DNA of 61,782 bases, filler included, from Choristocarpus tenellus KU-1152 (Eukaryota > Protista > Phaeophyceae): the NCBI GenBank assembly GCA_964200185.2. It is 9 parts of 9 records of this genome, joined end to end, with 100 filler letters (N's around TTAATTAATTAA, not from the genome) between each part and the next. Parts side by side here need not be neighbours in the genome. Positions count along the whole stretch, not along the records: positions 37,111 to 39,686 come from CAXNAD020026615.1; positions 39,787 to 47,406 come from CAXNAD020005866.1; positions 47,507 to 50,192 come from CAXNAD020025656.1; positions 50,293 to 57,924 come from CAXNAD020005842.1; 5 more parts are not named here. One strand, 5' to 3'. The position numbers and the translations under genes were made by a program. Below are positions 37,178-51,378 of the stretch, in pieces; the stretch's first letter is position 1; every line of letters starts with the position of its first letter. A model generated the notes under the pieces. The model did not search any database and was not told where the DNA came from. It saw only the letters and a program-made list of their open reading frames with translations.

Positions 37178-38035
37178 GACCTTGTGTTCCCAACGGAGAT
37201 TGTGGGTAAGCGCACGAGGTGCAAGCTTGATGGTACCAAGATACTCAAGGTTCAGCTAGACCCCAAGGACCAGGTTTGTGTGGAATGGGGTAGAGGTGGT
37301 TCTGGGATGGGGGGTATGTATGGGTTGAGCATAGTTGGGGTCTGGTTCCATTTGTCTTGAGTGCATGCGTAGCTCCGAGTCAACACTTTGGAAAAAAATA
37401 GTTTTTGTTTTGATAGTGCGTGGTGATTGATTTGGAATATAGAGAGATTTGATGCTCCAGTTGAGACAGTCATTTTGGATTTATTGGTTGTAGGAGAGAA
37501 GTTTTGAGAGTCCTTTCTCTTGAATTAATTAAGGTGGACTGTTTTGGGGGTGGTGGTGATAAAGTTGAATTTTATGCTTTTAAAAAAAATATAAACCTTA
37601 CTTGAAACTGTATGAATGAATAGTAATGAATTTTTTTGTATTGTTGTCATAAATTGAAACTATTTTATTTTACGTTGTACCTTCTAATTAGGGGTTACTT
37701 CGAACTTGAAATAGTTAAGGCTCTTGTATCTATTTTTTTTGAGCTCTCTGACTTGGCGTGTTCATCAAAGTTTTGTAATGTTGACTAAAACTCTATTTTC
37801 ATATGGTTGCAATGCACCCAGGGATGAGAGGCAAATGGGAACACTAGATATCAACTACATTTCTTTTATCACCTATTAGTGTATTATTATGCCCCACATT
37901 TTTTACGCATTTCCCTTGCATGAAATATCTCTGTCACAGGTCAACGTTGAGACTAAGCTGGACACTTTTTCGTCAGTGTACAAGAAGATCACCAACAAGA
38001 ACGTTGTGTTTGAGTTCCCTGTCCAGGAGCCTTAA
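37178..38035 (+). CDS. RPS7: 40S ribosomal protein S7 (eS7), last two exons
   Basis: Exons 37178-37273 and 37940-38035: [32 protein letters not shown]|[31 protein letters not shown]. Confidence 0.96.
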
Positions 38036-39786
38036 GTTGTCTCTTTTTTTCTCATGCTAATACTGTGATGCACGTTCCTTGATTCAAAGTCCCCTTCTTA
38101 GTCTGGAGGTCCTTCGTGGAAGGGTAGTGTTTAGTGTTGCATAGAGTTCAGTCAGCCAGTTGCACCCGATCTAAACTAATAAAGCCTTGAGAAAAACGTG
38201 AACTTGATACTGGGTCATGCTGATTGTTTGTTGATAGTCTTTCTATGTCAGCCCCGAATGAGAGCTTCAAAGAAAGGATGGATTAGATTTTTTGGAGATG
38301 AATACTTCTCCATGACCACTTCATACTTGAAATGTTGTAAAGCTTGATCTCTGCTCTGTTTTGTGTAGAATTGCCATGGTTAATTACTTGTGGCCAGGTG
38401 GTATAACTCCTTAGAAATAAGTATGTACATAGTAACATCACACGCCTGATCAGATAATAAGAGAGGGAGCATCGGCCCAGTACCTAAGACTACTGTGCTG
38501 TGGTTGTTGGAGTCTGTATGAGAGGACTCAGTATGTGAGATGCATGTTCGTGCATATCGTTACCAAAGCTTGCTTTGACGATGTTTGTAAATGGTGACAT
38601 GATGTGTACACCTGCTTGTTATCCGAGATAAGTGGGATCTCCTCTCCATGAGAAAAAGTAGTTAAAACACAAGCTGCCGTTTCATAAGTACGTCAGGTAG
38701 GTGCTGACTCTTGATGGTCATCATCATGCATGTTCTATTTGTGTGAGCTGATGGGTTATGATGTGTTTTAATCAAAGTAAATGATAGGTACCCACTTTTG
38801 GGGCTTTTTTGCATTACATGATTTTTTCAATCTTTCCGATTCATTAATGTTTCTAAGGATGAGGTACTAACTTTTTTTTTAGAGTGTCTGTTTCTCTGTT
38901 AAAACATTACGACTTCAAAAAAACCCTCTACCTACTAGCTGTGTGAGCAGTTGCTGAGTCGCTCCTCCTTGAAAACAGCAGCCCCCAACAAGCTGTAGAA
39001 TCCCCTCCATATATCGCTCGAGACATAACTGTGCTGTGAACCTATTAATAGTACCGATAGTGGACCGTAATTCATATTAGTAACACTATTTCCAAAAATA
39101 TGTATCACATTGTGAAGAACAACAAAAATTCAACCAAAGAAGTACCCGGGTAGCAAACCGAACCCAACCCTAACCCTAACTCTCAATCTCAGACAAAAAA
39201 CCCTACAATAAACATGGTAAAAAAAAACGTAGCACAACAAACCACTCAAATTCGCTTCGGAACATGCACACATACATACATGCATAGGTATGCAAGCATG
39301 CTACAGAGTTAAGTGCTTTTGGCTCTGTAGCCCATGCACGTACTGAATGTATATATGTAGGTATAGAAAAAGCCAGTGTCAAGATTAAAAAAAAAAGAGT
39401 TTCTCGCACCAGGCTGCCACACTGTACTCACGATCAATACTGGATAATACTAAAAGGGCCAAACATAGTACGACTGCACCAACACACCCAAGAAGCCACA
39501 CACTGGGGCAGCATTCCAACCATCAAAGGCAATCTGTGTAACGTCAGAACACTGCCCAGCGAACCCTTCGCTCATTGGTTCAGCTCCCTGTAAAAAAAAA
39601 AAAACTGGCAATATATTATACTTTATTTTATTTTATTCCACTGCGTGTGTCACTGCTTGAGGCAAGATAAAAAAAAAAAAAAAAAANNNNNNNNNNNNNN
39701 NNNNNNNNNNNNNNNNNNNNNNNNNNNNNNTTAATTAATTAANNNNNNNNNNNNNNNNNNNNNNNNNNNNNNNNNNNNNNNNNNNN

Positions 39787-39860
39787 TGTGGGTAGCCAGC
39801 TCATCCAGGAAGCTTTCCGCTTGCTTGCCGAGGCGCCCAAAACTTTCCACCGCAAAGAAA
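39787..39860 (-). mobile_element. RLE-type non-LTR retrotransposon fragment
   Basis: FAVESFGRLGKQAESFLDELATH, homologous to the ~20250-20330 translation. Confidence 0.6.
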
Positions 39861-40548
39861 GGTGTTGAGGTTATAACTACGAGGATCAAAGGAGCCCTCG
39901 TAGTGGTAAAAAATATTGTTGTCATACTAGACAACTTAACATACATTATTATACCATTTAACATTTTGTGGACTTTGTCAGTAAAAAAGTCACTTCAATA
40001 AATATCATAGTAAGTTCTGCAATAAAAGTAACAGTTATAAATGTAAAAGGTATCTCTCCAAAATCTATTTTCTATTTGACTACCGGCTATACTACACCTC
40101 TCCCTTGCCATTCCTTCAACCTAGTTTAGACCTACACCACAGGGTGAGGACCTAGGGAAGCATCCTCAGAATCTGACAGGCCCCTCCTTGCCTATCTCCC
40201 TGCCCTGGTGTCTCCAAATTATAACGCATGACACATCTTGATAGAGTCACTTGTGTTGTGACAGACTATCGATTTGACAGCTCGTTTCCTGCTGTAACGT
40301 CCCGGCCCTCTCCCCCCTACCTGGTGTGTAGTCATCACACCCAGAAAAATTCTGCTTGCTTACGAAAGCGCACAAAACTTTCCACCGTGAAGGCTTTGAG
40401 GAAAAACTATTTAATAGTAGTTTAAATCGCAATGCTCCATCAGGAGAGGCGTTGTCACACTACAAACAATAATTGTTGTATTAGTAAGTGTACCCTATCA
40501 TATACAATTACTCTCATAACAACTCCAAAGTCAAGTCCCACATCCACC

Positions 40549-42600
40549 ATGGAAGTGTGCGTGCCATTGAGTACGAACTAGTTGATTTGTGAAAAAATGA
40601 ACTCATTGGAAATGAGCTCATTGGAAAAGCTTGTACTCAACCCTCTGAAAACACCACATATATATATTGCTCAATTCACATGTTTTGCCCACTCACTCCC
40701 TTCTCTATATGCAGACTCGCTTACGATCGATTGGTGACCGATTTTGAGACTTTGGAATGTGTACGGAGTCGTCGAAAAGGAATTGAGGCAGAACAAACAG
40801 ACGAAAATAATTATTTAGAGGCAGAAACTAAGGTTGTGGTGGAAGCAGTGGAAAGGTACTTGGAGAGCAAGCCAGCAAGTGGACAAACCCGAGAATCGGT
40901 AAGTGCCACAAATTGCCCGGTCATTTGCCGATGTAGGCATGTTACCCAGTGCCGACGTTTGCAAAGGTTTGAACCTCTTTTGGAGGAGTTGTTGCTCTTC
41001 GCTTGTCAAGTCTTGTTGGTCAATAGGCCTCACTTGCCTTGAACATCTTATGTCCCTTGATACCCAGGTGAGAAAATGTGTCAAGATCTTGTTGGATCAC
41101 CCCAAATTTATGAGCCTTACCGCGCCTGAGCGCTTGCAGATGATCAACCACCAGCCCGAGCATGCCGTGGAGATCCATCTGGTAAGATGCAGAAACTCCT
41201 CTCGAACTCCCCTCTCGTCGAGCGTGGTACTTGTAGGTCAACAAATTATCGGGAAATGTTTGCTTAAATCGGAAGAAACTTCTGTGATAGGTGTCACTTT
41301 TGAGACCTGGAAGGACTGCATAATGCTGCTAGCTCATTGAGGGTCTGGGCATATGACCTACAGCAGAGTAGGCACCACATTACCTCAATTCTGTGATTTG
41401 TGTTGTTGCAGCATGGTGCCATTAATTCGACGTATTGGAATTATGACCTTGCTAATTTTCCATTGAAGTGTCTTGTGGTACACCCAGCAGGTTCAAGAGT
41501 CACATTTCAGTTCAATTACTAATTTTCGGTTTTGATATCAACCTGCGTGCTGGATTCAAGAGTCCCTTCTCCATCAGTAGTTGGACAGTGACATACATTG
41601 TAGACTGCAGTTATCAATCTACCATGCCTCTGTCAACCATGCCACTCTGTTTTCCCCTGTTGTGAATATTCTATGTTGCTCTGACTAGAAGTGAGCCTTG
41701 ATGGTCTGTTCTACTCTGGACTAGCCCACTTTAAGGGTTTGACTGCTACCAAATATCTCCACTGCAATTTGTTACGAGCCATGAGAAGGAGCGTAAACTC
41801 TTCCTCATATGTAACCAACCACTCAGCATGTGCCCATACTTGCTGATTTACCCACATTTCAGAATAGCAGTCAGGTGGGGACCAACAACAGCATAAGGGG
41901 AGCTACTAGTGGCATGTATATTCGCAATCATGATGGATTAAGTTTTGTTGGAAATTATTGGTAATTTGTAGGTATGATTATGGGTATTTTTAACAAAGGG
42001 TTCTGTGCCGAAATCATGTTGCATGTTTCTTTATCCTGTTTGCTTTTGGCAACAATAGAATTCTGCTCAACTCTTGCACATTATACCCCCTAATGTACAT
42101 TGCATAACACAGTTGAACTCACCCCAAAAAATCACAGATGATTGAAGACTGCCATCGCCGTTTTGGTGAGGATGAGGTGGTGGAAGAACTCATGGGTGTG
42201 CTCAAAGCCACGGTAAGGTCACACATGCAAAACCAATGTTCTCATTTAGAGTTCTTCTATTACACCTCACTCACTACCAAAGCAATATGGACAGGCGTTA
42301 TGAACCGATTCCATACCTCTTTACATTATCAGTGATATTTCTAAGAGTCATCTACACAAGTGTTGGCATTGGTGTTTTATTTTAATCTTCAGAGTACTGT
42401 ACTTGTTTCAGTGCAATCAAACTACAGTGGAACGTTGACATGCATAGTTGCGACCTTGAGATCAGATTAGGACTGTATGCCACTATGTATCAACATCTAT
42501 GGAAGATGATGTGTGCTGACTCACTCTTCATTGCCTTTCAAATCTGTTGTTCTGCACCCCGTTCTACCGACAGCTTGGAGAAAGAAGCGTGACATCATGA
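40549..42600 (+). CDS. RPC9: RNA polymerase III subunit RPC9/C17 (CRCP, Rpb4 family), 5 exons
   Basis: Exons 40549-40556, 40715-40898, 41068-41181, 42138-42212 and 42574-42600: MEVLAYDRLVTDFETL...YLESKP...LTAPERLQMINHQPEHAVEIHLMIEDCHRRF, matching the RPC9 motif LTxxExLQxxNxxPxxxVExxLxxEE. Confidence 0.88.
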
Positions 42601-44547
42601 CACACGCTACTTACCTGTATTGCGTACGAGAACTATTAAAATAACAGAAATTTCGGGCCAGTTTCTGAACGACATCACCTCTCGTTGAGAGACATTTTGG
42701 CAATGTGGACTGATCTCAACTTACATCATCTATTGCAGTCTAGTGTTGATATAAAAAAGACCTTGCATTTTCACTGTGAGCTATGCACAAACCATCCTCT
42801 ATCAGTATTTTAATCAAGTCTCGACATTTGTCTATCCCATGTAGTGGTGCAGTGTATGAATACGTATGTATGGTAGTGTTGTGATTTGATTTGAAACTAT
42901 GTGATTAGTATGTCATTCATCGACTCGAGAGGGTTTGATGTACTAGATTAAATCAAAGTGTGATTGCTGTAAGGGGGTTTAAAGTGATGCATGTTGCACT
43001 CTTATGCCATGCGCACAAAAATAGTCTACTCTTCAAAGCTTCCAATTTTTATTCAATTTTGAATTAATCAACTTGATAGAGCCATTGTAAGTTGACTGAT
43101 TCATCAGTCATTGGAGTAGTAGTGTACAGGTTTGAAGCAGTAGTCTATCTTTCCAGTTCGTAGGTATCATATCATATCATATCGTATCCATGCCTCACAA
43201 AGATCAAGCACATTCCAGACCAAGGTTAGATTGACATAAACAAGTGTGGTGGAGAGACAAGATCATTGCTGGTCCTCATCAGAGGGGAAAAACGTTCCCT
43301 CCCAGGTGAAGCTACAAACAAGGTTGGTAGATAGATATCTGACAGTTGTTTGCATCCAGAAAAGGAGACTGATTGGGGAGGTTTATTTACTTAAAACATC
43401 AAATACACACGTGCAAGCATCCAAAACACTTTTCTATAAAAGTTTTTGTCAGAGTTCAAGATGGTTCAAAAGACAACTCAGTGCAGTTTTGGAGTTCTTA
43501 AGTCTGGACCAGATGACACAAAATAGAATGACCAATGGTAACACCTGATACAGTAAGATTAATTCTATCCATCCCAAGATTAGTATTGTGGTTGGAAATG
43601 CTCCACAAGAAGGGACAGACATCATTTCAGGAGGAATGAGGACTGACAGACAGGAGTCCACATGGGTACAACAACCGTAAGAGAAACTGTAAGAGTATAA
43701 AATTCCCTAAAAAATGTGATACAAATGGGCTGTTTTCACAAGACAACCAATCACACATGAAAAACAGTTGCAGTTCCAAGAGCCCACAACACACACACAC
43801 ACCTCAAAACCAAAATACTGTCAACGGCAGGAGGCCGCTTCTTAGGGGGTGTAACAAGAGATAAGACAAATATTACAAGCAACCATGGTTGGACTCAGAA
43901 TTCCCCTGAAACACAAAGAGGATTATCACAAAAAACATACGTTATACGTTTGTTTGTCTGTCATCTTGTGTTCAGGTTTGTTTCTACCCCTATACTACAT
44001 CTGTACCAACCGTATATTCTTGCAAGGGGTACATATTAAACATGCATGGCTCACTGTCTATACCCCTTGTGACTTGGGTAAGTAGCCATTGCCCTCCCCA
44101 GAGTAGTGCAATTTGCTTCCCCAGCTGCTCGTGTTACTTCTTCAGCACAACAAGTTAAGGCATCCGGCGAATAGCTGATGATCCCTACCACCAATGTTAA
44201 ACCCCTTGCTTTGATAACAAGTGCATTCTTTGGAGTAGAGAGAGTCCACTGAAGCTGGGGCTCTGTAAGCATCCTCTAAGCATGACCGTTCCCAGTCCCC
44301 TGCGTACATCGTAAGCAAATATCTCTTTGCAAAAAACACCACTGTTCAACTGTGTCCTATCCTATCACATAAAACTATCTACCTTTCTCACATCAATGAA
44401 GCACACCATTTAATAGGCTAGTTCAATATGTGTAGCACAACAGTGATAGTGGTCTAGTGCAATCAGCACCTACCTTCACATGTCAAGTCTATGTTAAACA
44501 GACATTTCCTCCAGGAGGCACCACAGCTCTCCTCCCAAGCAAGCATT

Positions 44548-46477
44548 TCAGGGTTCCTTCTGTTCTTCGTGTTTTGGCCTCCCCTCTGCACCCAGCCAAG
44601 CCCACCTCGATGACCTCTCATTCACTCCATTCCCACCTTGTGCCTTGCCATCAAATCTTGCCCTAGTGTCTGACATCCGATTTGAACACAATCCCACTTC
44701 AATTTTGGAACTGGGGACATTACCGGAATTGACTTCACTGCTGTCTTGGTTGCGAGGATCATCTGCACCCCTGCTACCTCTCCTCTTTGTATCCTTCTGT
44801 TCAACATTCTCAGTGGTTTGTTGTCTTTGATGGCAAACCTGTTCCTCTGGGGCATGGTTATCGCTGTATAAGCTAACAATATGATCGAGGTTGTGGTCGT
44901 GGTCGTCACCGCCTTGTCCTGGTTCCTGCTCATTTTGAAGGGTGAACTGGAGCTTGTGCTCTTCATCACTGAATTCATGTACAAGCAGACCATGGTTCAA
45001 ACAACACAGACAAGACAGGGGAACAGACAAGAACAACAGTGATGAAATATGCACAATGACAAACAGCATGACTTACAGACACAACAATAAATGACTGTAA
45101 CATTACATTCATCAAGTACCTGCTTGTGATTCACTTTAATGTCATTACTGATATTACTATTAATATTATTTTTATGGATCAGGGTGCAGGGGAGTGGGGT
45201 ACCTACGCAGTACTTGATTTGCCTTGCCATGCTTCCATTTGGTAAAAAGAGGGATCTGCTTCTTAAAAGGTTTTCCAACACAAAGACAACAATATGCTAT
45301 TCAATCGATCGTCCTACCCCAGTGCCCAGCAGTATACCCACACTATAGGACATCAGCATTAACTGTTACAATTACGTTGAAGTAGACAACCTATGATGCA
45401 ATCTACTCCCTTGTGCTATTGCCCACCACCAGACCCAACCTCAGAATGTGCTTGAAATATATCTTTTTTTTAAGGTTATCACATGCCTCCTGCTACTGGA
45501 ACTGTAGAGGTATTGTTGATTCCTTTAACAGTACATGTGGGGAAAGGGGTGGGGGCAATGGACTGGACTGTGCATCTATCCAAGGGTATAGAGAAGGGAG
45601 TTGACACTTAGGGAGAATGAGTTGACACCTTCCAGTCAAGGTATGATGAAGTTCAAGGTGCCAAGGCTATGAGGATGTCTCACCCAATTCTTGACTAGTG
45701 TTCACCCCCACTGCATGTTTCTAGATCAATACATACATGTCGGGTTATTTTACAAGAAACGCGTTCAAGGAGGCAGAACTCAGGACATCCCATGCTAAGG
45801 AGCAAAAAGTACACACTCTGAAACCATGTACACCACAATACCTGCATGTGAAACTCCACACAAAACATTCACTCAGGCTCTGAACCCTCACAAACTCCTT
45901 CCTTCCTACAAATAGAGTCATCAAATCCCAACAGTGTGTTGGTGGAGAGAAATACCCTACCCAACTCCAACCCCTTGATTTCGTTTTGTACATCCCATTC
46001 AAAACACCAAGGCCACAAAGGCTTTGCTATTGATATCATCTACATTTTTCCCATCTTCTTCCCCCCCTCAAGTAAGAAGCCAAACACTATCTTGCAGTAC
46101 CCTATTGGTAGCCTCTATACATACATAACCCGGAGCACACAAGGTGATGGGGATGAGGCAGTACTCACCAGAACTGCGATAGGAGTTCAGTCCTTGCCTT
46201 TGCCCACTGACCCCTTTCCCGCCTCTCTTGCTGCAAGCGTTTGTGTAGGACTGTATGAGCAAGATCAGTAGGACCAGTTACAGGGGGGAGGGTAGGTGCT
46301 TGGTTCAGTAGAGCATACTGCAGATACAGAGAGGTCACAGACAGAGAGAGAGAGACACAGTATCAGCAGGTACTTGCCTCGAACAGTTTCATCCCTCTCC
46401 TGCAGAGCTTGTTTCAGACCAGTCTGTTGAGCTGTCAACTCCACAAGCTTGGTCGCCTTACCCTGTAGGGACACTGT
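44548..46477 (-). CDS. 3' exons of a coiled-coil protein
   Basis: Exons ~46477-46378 (GC donor), 46250-46169 and 44968-44548 give KATKLVELTAQQTGLKQALQERDETVRVLHKRLQQERRERGQWAKARTELLSQFCDEEHKLQ.. followed by a disordered tail. Confidence 0.7.
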
Positions 46478-46615
46478 CTGCTATACATGATAGAAGGTGG
46501 AAAATAGGGAGTTGTGCGTTTTAACATAGTACACAAAAGCATGTGAACAGAAGGTACACCTACTCTATACCGCAGTAAGAGAACATAGGGAGGGTTAGGG
46601 ATAATCAGAGACAAA

Positions 46616-46651
<36 letters not shown>

Positions 46652-47506
46652 GAGTGGAAGGGCATTGCATTTTTGCACCGCTCGCAGCCAACCACACCAC
46701 GGAACGCACATCTGGACACACCTTGGAGGGGAAAAAAGACACTGAGTATTGGGCACAAAGATATTCATTGTTGTGACATCACTTAAGTTATACATCACTT
46801 AAGGTATACATTACAGTCAGTGCCCTCTTTACATAATGACGACTGACAGCAGGAAGGTACCCTTCCTTGTTCATAACCTCACCTGCCCCACACTGGGGGT
46901 GGCACTAATGCATTGACCTCATCAACCCTGTGTGTTGACCCTAACCCTAGCAATCACCACAACGATAGTTCCCTGAGTCTAGGGGAGCAGGGTCCAGATC
47001 TTGTGCCTACTGCCAAACTATGATATCCTGGTCAATCTCAGTCTTCCCTTCCCACACCAATCCTGAACAGGTTGATTGGCCCCAACACAGAACAAAAAAT
47101 ACAGTCTTGCCATTGAGCATCACTTCCGCCATTGGAGCACACAACTCATATTAATACCTGGGTTGTTCAATTGCTCAACCGGTCCAGTCCAGCTGTCACT
47201 TGGGTACTCTACTTGTTTCCTCCCATTGTATCGATCTTAGACAAAGAAAACATGCCTCGTAGGTACTAGAACCCCTACCTTACCGCTATTAATAGTAGGT
47301 AACGGAAAGTAGGAGCTAGCCCCTAAGAAACAACGGACACACAACTCTACCAGTTTCACATGGGCAACCCCCACTCACGCCGCCAAACCAGCAACATAAC
47401 CAAGTANNNNNNNNNNNNNNNNNNNNNNNNNNNNNNNNNNNNNNNNNNNNTTAATTAATTAANNNNNNNNNNNNNNNNNNNNNNNNNNNNNNNNNNNNNN
47501 NNNNNN

Positions 47507-47539
<33 letters not shown>

Positions 47540-48107
47540 CGAATTAAGTCTGGGGCCTTCAGTTTCTTATTACGTCAGCTGGGTGGGAAGATTTGATGTA
47601 CTTTTATGCTATGGCGATCCTGCTTGAATATATATATATATATATATTTTTTTTCCTCTCTAGTTTTGCTATATCATGATGAGGCGATTGCGTGTAGGCA
47701 TCTCATCCCTTCCCGCCACTCACTGTCTCTGCTCAAGCTCCTAGGCCTTGTTAGCCGTGCTCAGAAACGCTTACACAGTCGTTACAGAAGTAGAAACGTG
47801 TTTGTTGCCTGATGCCCAGAAAAATATGTATAAAAAAGAAAGTGTAATGGTGATACCAAGGCAGTAATGGTAAGCATATACAAAGTTTTTGGGGGGCGAG
47901 TGATCTGCTGAAGTGGCGGGTTCTATTTGAGTACGCAGAACTCTCTGTCCCTTTCACCCTTACCCTTTAATGTTATTCCGATTCTTCTTATTGGTCTATT
48001 TTTGTAGTGTTGATTTGTGACTAATAAAGCGCCTGCTCTCTATTGAAACCCCCCTTGCAACTGTTCCATTCCTCTCCTTGGCCTGTTCCCTATCCCTGGG
48101 GGTATGA

Positions 48108-48414
48108 GTGGCAGCCGTCAGGCAGGAAGGCGTCCATTGCTCATCAAAACTTCCTCTTCCGCCTCCCATGAGCTCTGTGACACCCCAGGGCGATTCGGCT
48201 CTGGGGCAAACGCCAGGGCAGTGGAAGGGAAGGGGGGAGACGACAATGCCTCCTCTACCCTTACTTTTGCAGCGAGCTATACATAGAGCGAGGGAGTTGG
48301 ATGGAGATGGGCAGGCAGAGACGGCGTTGGCAGCACTGGTGCCAGACATGGGACGATCTAGGGAGTGCAGAAGAATCACTAGGGGAGGAGTGCAGCAAGC
48401 ATTGCACGGTCTAG
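48108..48414 (+). CDS. Probable internal exon of an unknown gene
   Basis: Protein-like frame (PLLLQRAIHRARELDGDGQAETALAALV..) ending at an ag|gtgggt donor. Acceptor not resolved. Confidence 0.35.
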
Positions 48415-50068
48415 GTGGGTGGAGTGGGGTGTTTTTTTGATAGGTAATTTTTTTTAAATTCAGTATGAGGGAGGATTCTGTGGGACTGGTGCATGTTTGT
48501 GCTGCACTAGAAGGCGAGTTTAATTTCTGTGTCGTTTGTGGGGGGGGAGGGGGGGGTGGTGTGATCAATGTTGATGTTAAAATTTTATCGGCTTGTACTC
48601 ATCTCTCCTTATTGGTCGACGTTCATTTTTTTTCTTCTTTTTTTATTCAGAAGATGACTGATTAAAAAATATATGGCTAAGTTCTGGAATTCACTTGTTA
48701 TTATGAGAGGTCCTTGGATATAACATTTTTTTAACGTTATTGTAGCTTGTGCGACTGCCGGATGGGTTAGGGTTAGGGTTAGGGTTAGAGAAGGAATTTT
48801 CATTCTGTGAGTGTTTGATGAACACGTAAGGGGACATGATGGAGCCCCTGCTGATTGGTTTGCAAAGGGGTCATATATGGAAAAATGTATCGTACGGTGT
48901 TTACTTGACTGAATTAACCAGGTCTTTTCTTTTCAAGTACTGTCCCCAAAGTGGTTCGGGAAGACTATGACTTCCCTTTTCTTCATTGTCCATGCTGCAC
49001 AGCGCCAGATTGTTATAACGGTGATGCCCATGATATCGTGTGTTATGTCTGATGTTTTGCATATATATATATATATATATATATATTTTCATCAACTCTT
49101 AAGAAATGACAATATCTGTGTGTTTTTGTTCACTGTGAGGCATGGTTATTTCAGGGCTGGTGTGATTGTGGGGGTTTCAATATAAAGTCCCTTGAAGTGA
49201 ACCAGGTGTTCGCAACCTCTAGAGTACAATACTACCCTACTAATGGTGTAGTACAGTACTAGGTAGTATGTGTTTACAAAGCTCGGCAACTATGTGAATG
49301 TACTGTTTGTACTGTTTGTTCTCAAATACTCCCTTGCTACTATGGTGGTAACAAACTGTACCCAAATGGTGTTTGTTCACCAACTTGGCTTTTGTGTGTT
49401 CTGCGGCATGGAAACCTGCTGGCAACTCTATTAAATATGTTGTTGTCTAATAGCGTGGTTTTTGTGGAGAGATTTATAGATTATTAAGGGTTTTCTTCCT
49501 GACTGATGGTGTACTATTTTCAGGCACAAAAAAAGCTTTCAATAGATGCAGCTGATCTTCTCAAGGCCAGGGTTAGGGACGTAATTATTTAGAAATATAA
49601 CTTCTTGGGTGTTTGAGTATATAGGTAGTTGTTACAGAATGAGGGCACTGCACATCCCCAGTGTTCGAAGCCAACCTCTGCAGTGATTCAAGAGGGAGCA
49701 CACTATTCTCACTGACCGTTGGATGTCCCAAAGCCCCTTGACTAATACCGGAATAAGGCCTATGCAAGGACAATACTGCCTCCCAGACCAAGCACACGGG
49801 GAGCATATTATCAGCGGATCTGCAGTGAATACCTTTTTTGTATTGCTCAAGAAGGTGTTCTGTAAGGTTACTGATAGACTGCGCACACGGTTCCACTCCT
49901 GTTGTTATGATGCTCTCCCTTGGAGGGTGCAGGATGACCTCTGTCGCTTCTCTGTCTGTGGCATGTGGCCTGCAGTTTGTAACCCCTTCCCCCCATTATC
50001 ATACGGGGTGTGCCATGCAGTTGTTGATGACAGTGGGTACCTGTAACCCTTGGTGTAACGTGACTGCG

Positions 50069-50192
50069 GACCTGAAGTATCTGGGGAGGGGGGGGGGGGG
50101 GGGGGGGGGGGGCTACCCCAAAGGGTCCATTTGGGCCAAAACCGGGAAAAGTGTGCTTACATTATCCATCTCAGGTATGCAACCATATCACC
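50069..50192. mobile_element. MITE family A, partial
   Basis: GACCTGAAGTATCTGGGG...ccatttgggccaaaaccgggaaaagtg..acattatccatc matches 36794-36890. Another end at 50293-50328. Confidence 0.75.
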
Positions 50193-50329
50193 NNNNNNNN
50201 NNNNNNNNNNNNNNNNNNNNNNNNNNNNNNNNNNNNTTAATTAATTAANNNNNNNNNNNNNNNNNNNNNNNNNNNNNNNNNNNNNNNNNNNNCTGTAGAC
50301 ACCCCCCCCCTTCCAGATACTTGGGGTCA

Positions 50330-51378
50330 AATCTGCGGTGTAAGCTCGATAGTGTAAGACAAGACGGTAGGTTGCAGCTTTCCAATATTCCCCCCTCTCG
50401 GTCCTTAAAGAACTCATTGCGTTCTTTAAGGCGTTTTTCGACTGACTATAAGAAAGAGTGCATTATCTCACCAGGATACGAACCCACTCAGTTGCTGTCA
50501 TGTCTTCCCGAAGAACCCGAAGGAGTTGTCCGGTGACGCTCAGGACTTCCAGTGTAGATGAGTCGCTTAAGAGATCACTGTGGGTCCCAAGAGAGTCAGA
50601 CATTAGTTGCTCAAGAAGCTCGATGCGGAAAGGGGTAAGGGCATCACTACGTGGGCGTGATGTATTACGATAGTGGGTATATGGTCCTTGGGTAAGGCTC
50701 ACAATCCTCCTTGAACCCTCCCTAAGGCCTTGGTAAGAGCGTCAGCGAAAAAAACGGAGTTGTTTGACATGGTTGGGGCGGAGTTATCCGCAGTTACTCC
50801 AAGAAAGACAGGACCATTCGCAGGGTCTCCGAGTTTCTTATGAATGCGTTCCATGGTTTTAACACAATCTTGATGATAACGCATGTCAAGATGGTAAAAG
50901 GCTCTGTCTCGCTGCTGCCTACCAGATTGTGACTCACTCGACTCAGTTTGTGTACGCAACTCATGAATTTCTCTTCGGAACTGCACCTGACCTTTCCGGA
51001 CCGACGTACTGTACTCAGGCTATTCCTCCGAAATGGTCTGAGTGATACAGACCTGTGTGAAGAATAATAATCACTGGTCCGACAGTGATGTCGAGGTGAA
51101 TGGGTGCGGCCTCTGCGTTCTTCTCTGGTCCTCCGCCAGCTTCGATGAGAGCGCCTGTCCCGGGATCTCGACCTGAAGCAAGATCTGCCACGAGTGGAAG
51201 ACCGAAAACGAACGTGCTCTCTGCGCCTACCTCGACGTTCAGCAGCATGGACACGGCTGCGACCAGAACTGCCTTGAGGTGTGGTACTGGGCTGGAATCT
51301 CTCGGAATCATCAATTCCTTGGAAAGTCTGTAAGTCGGGGGCAACCTCACCTTCTCGTAAATACTGTGAGCCAGACAT
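50330..51378 (-). mobile_element. Frameshifted gag-like ORF of a decayed retroelement
   Basis: Three overlapping intronless ORFs (50794-51378, 50699-50986, 50463-50702) look like one broken frame: RS-rich N-terminus, then a helical region. No pol motifs seen. Confidence 0.3.

Noticed and set aside
37274-37939. Intronic snoRNA in RPS7
   Set aside because: No convincing C (RTGATGA) and D (CTGA) box pair with a terminal stem seen.
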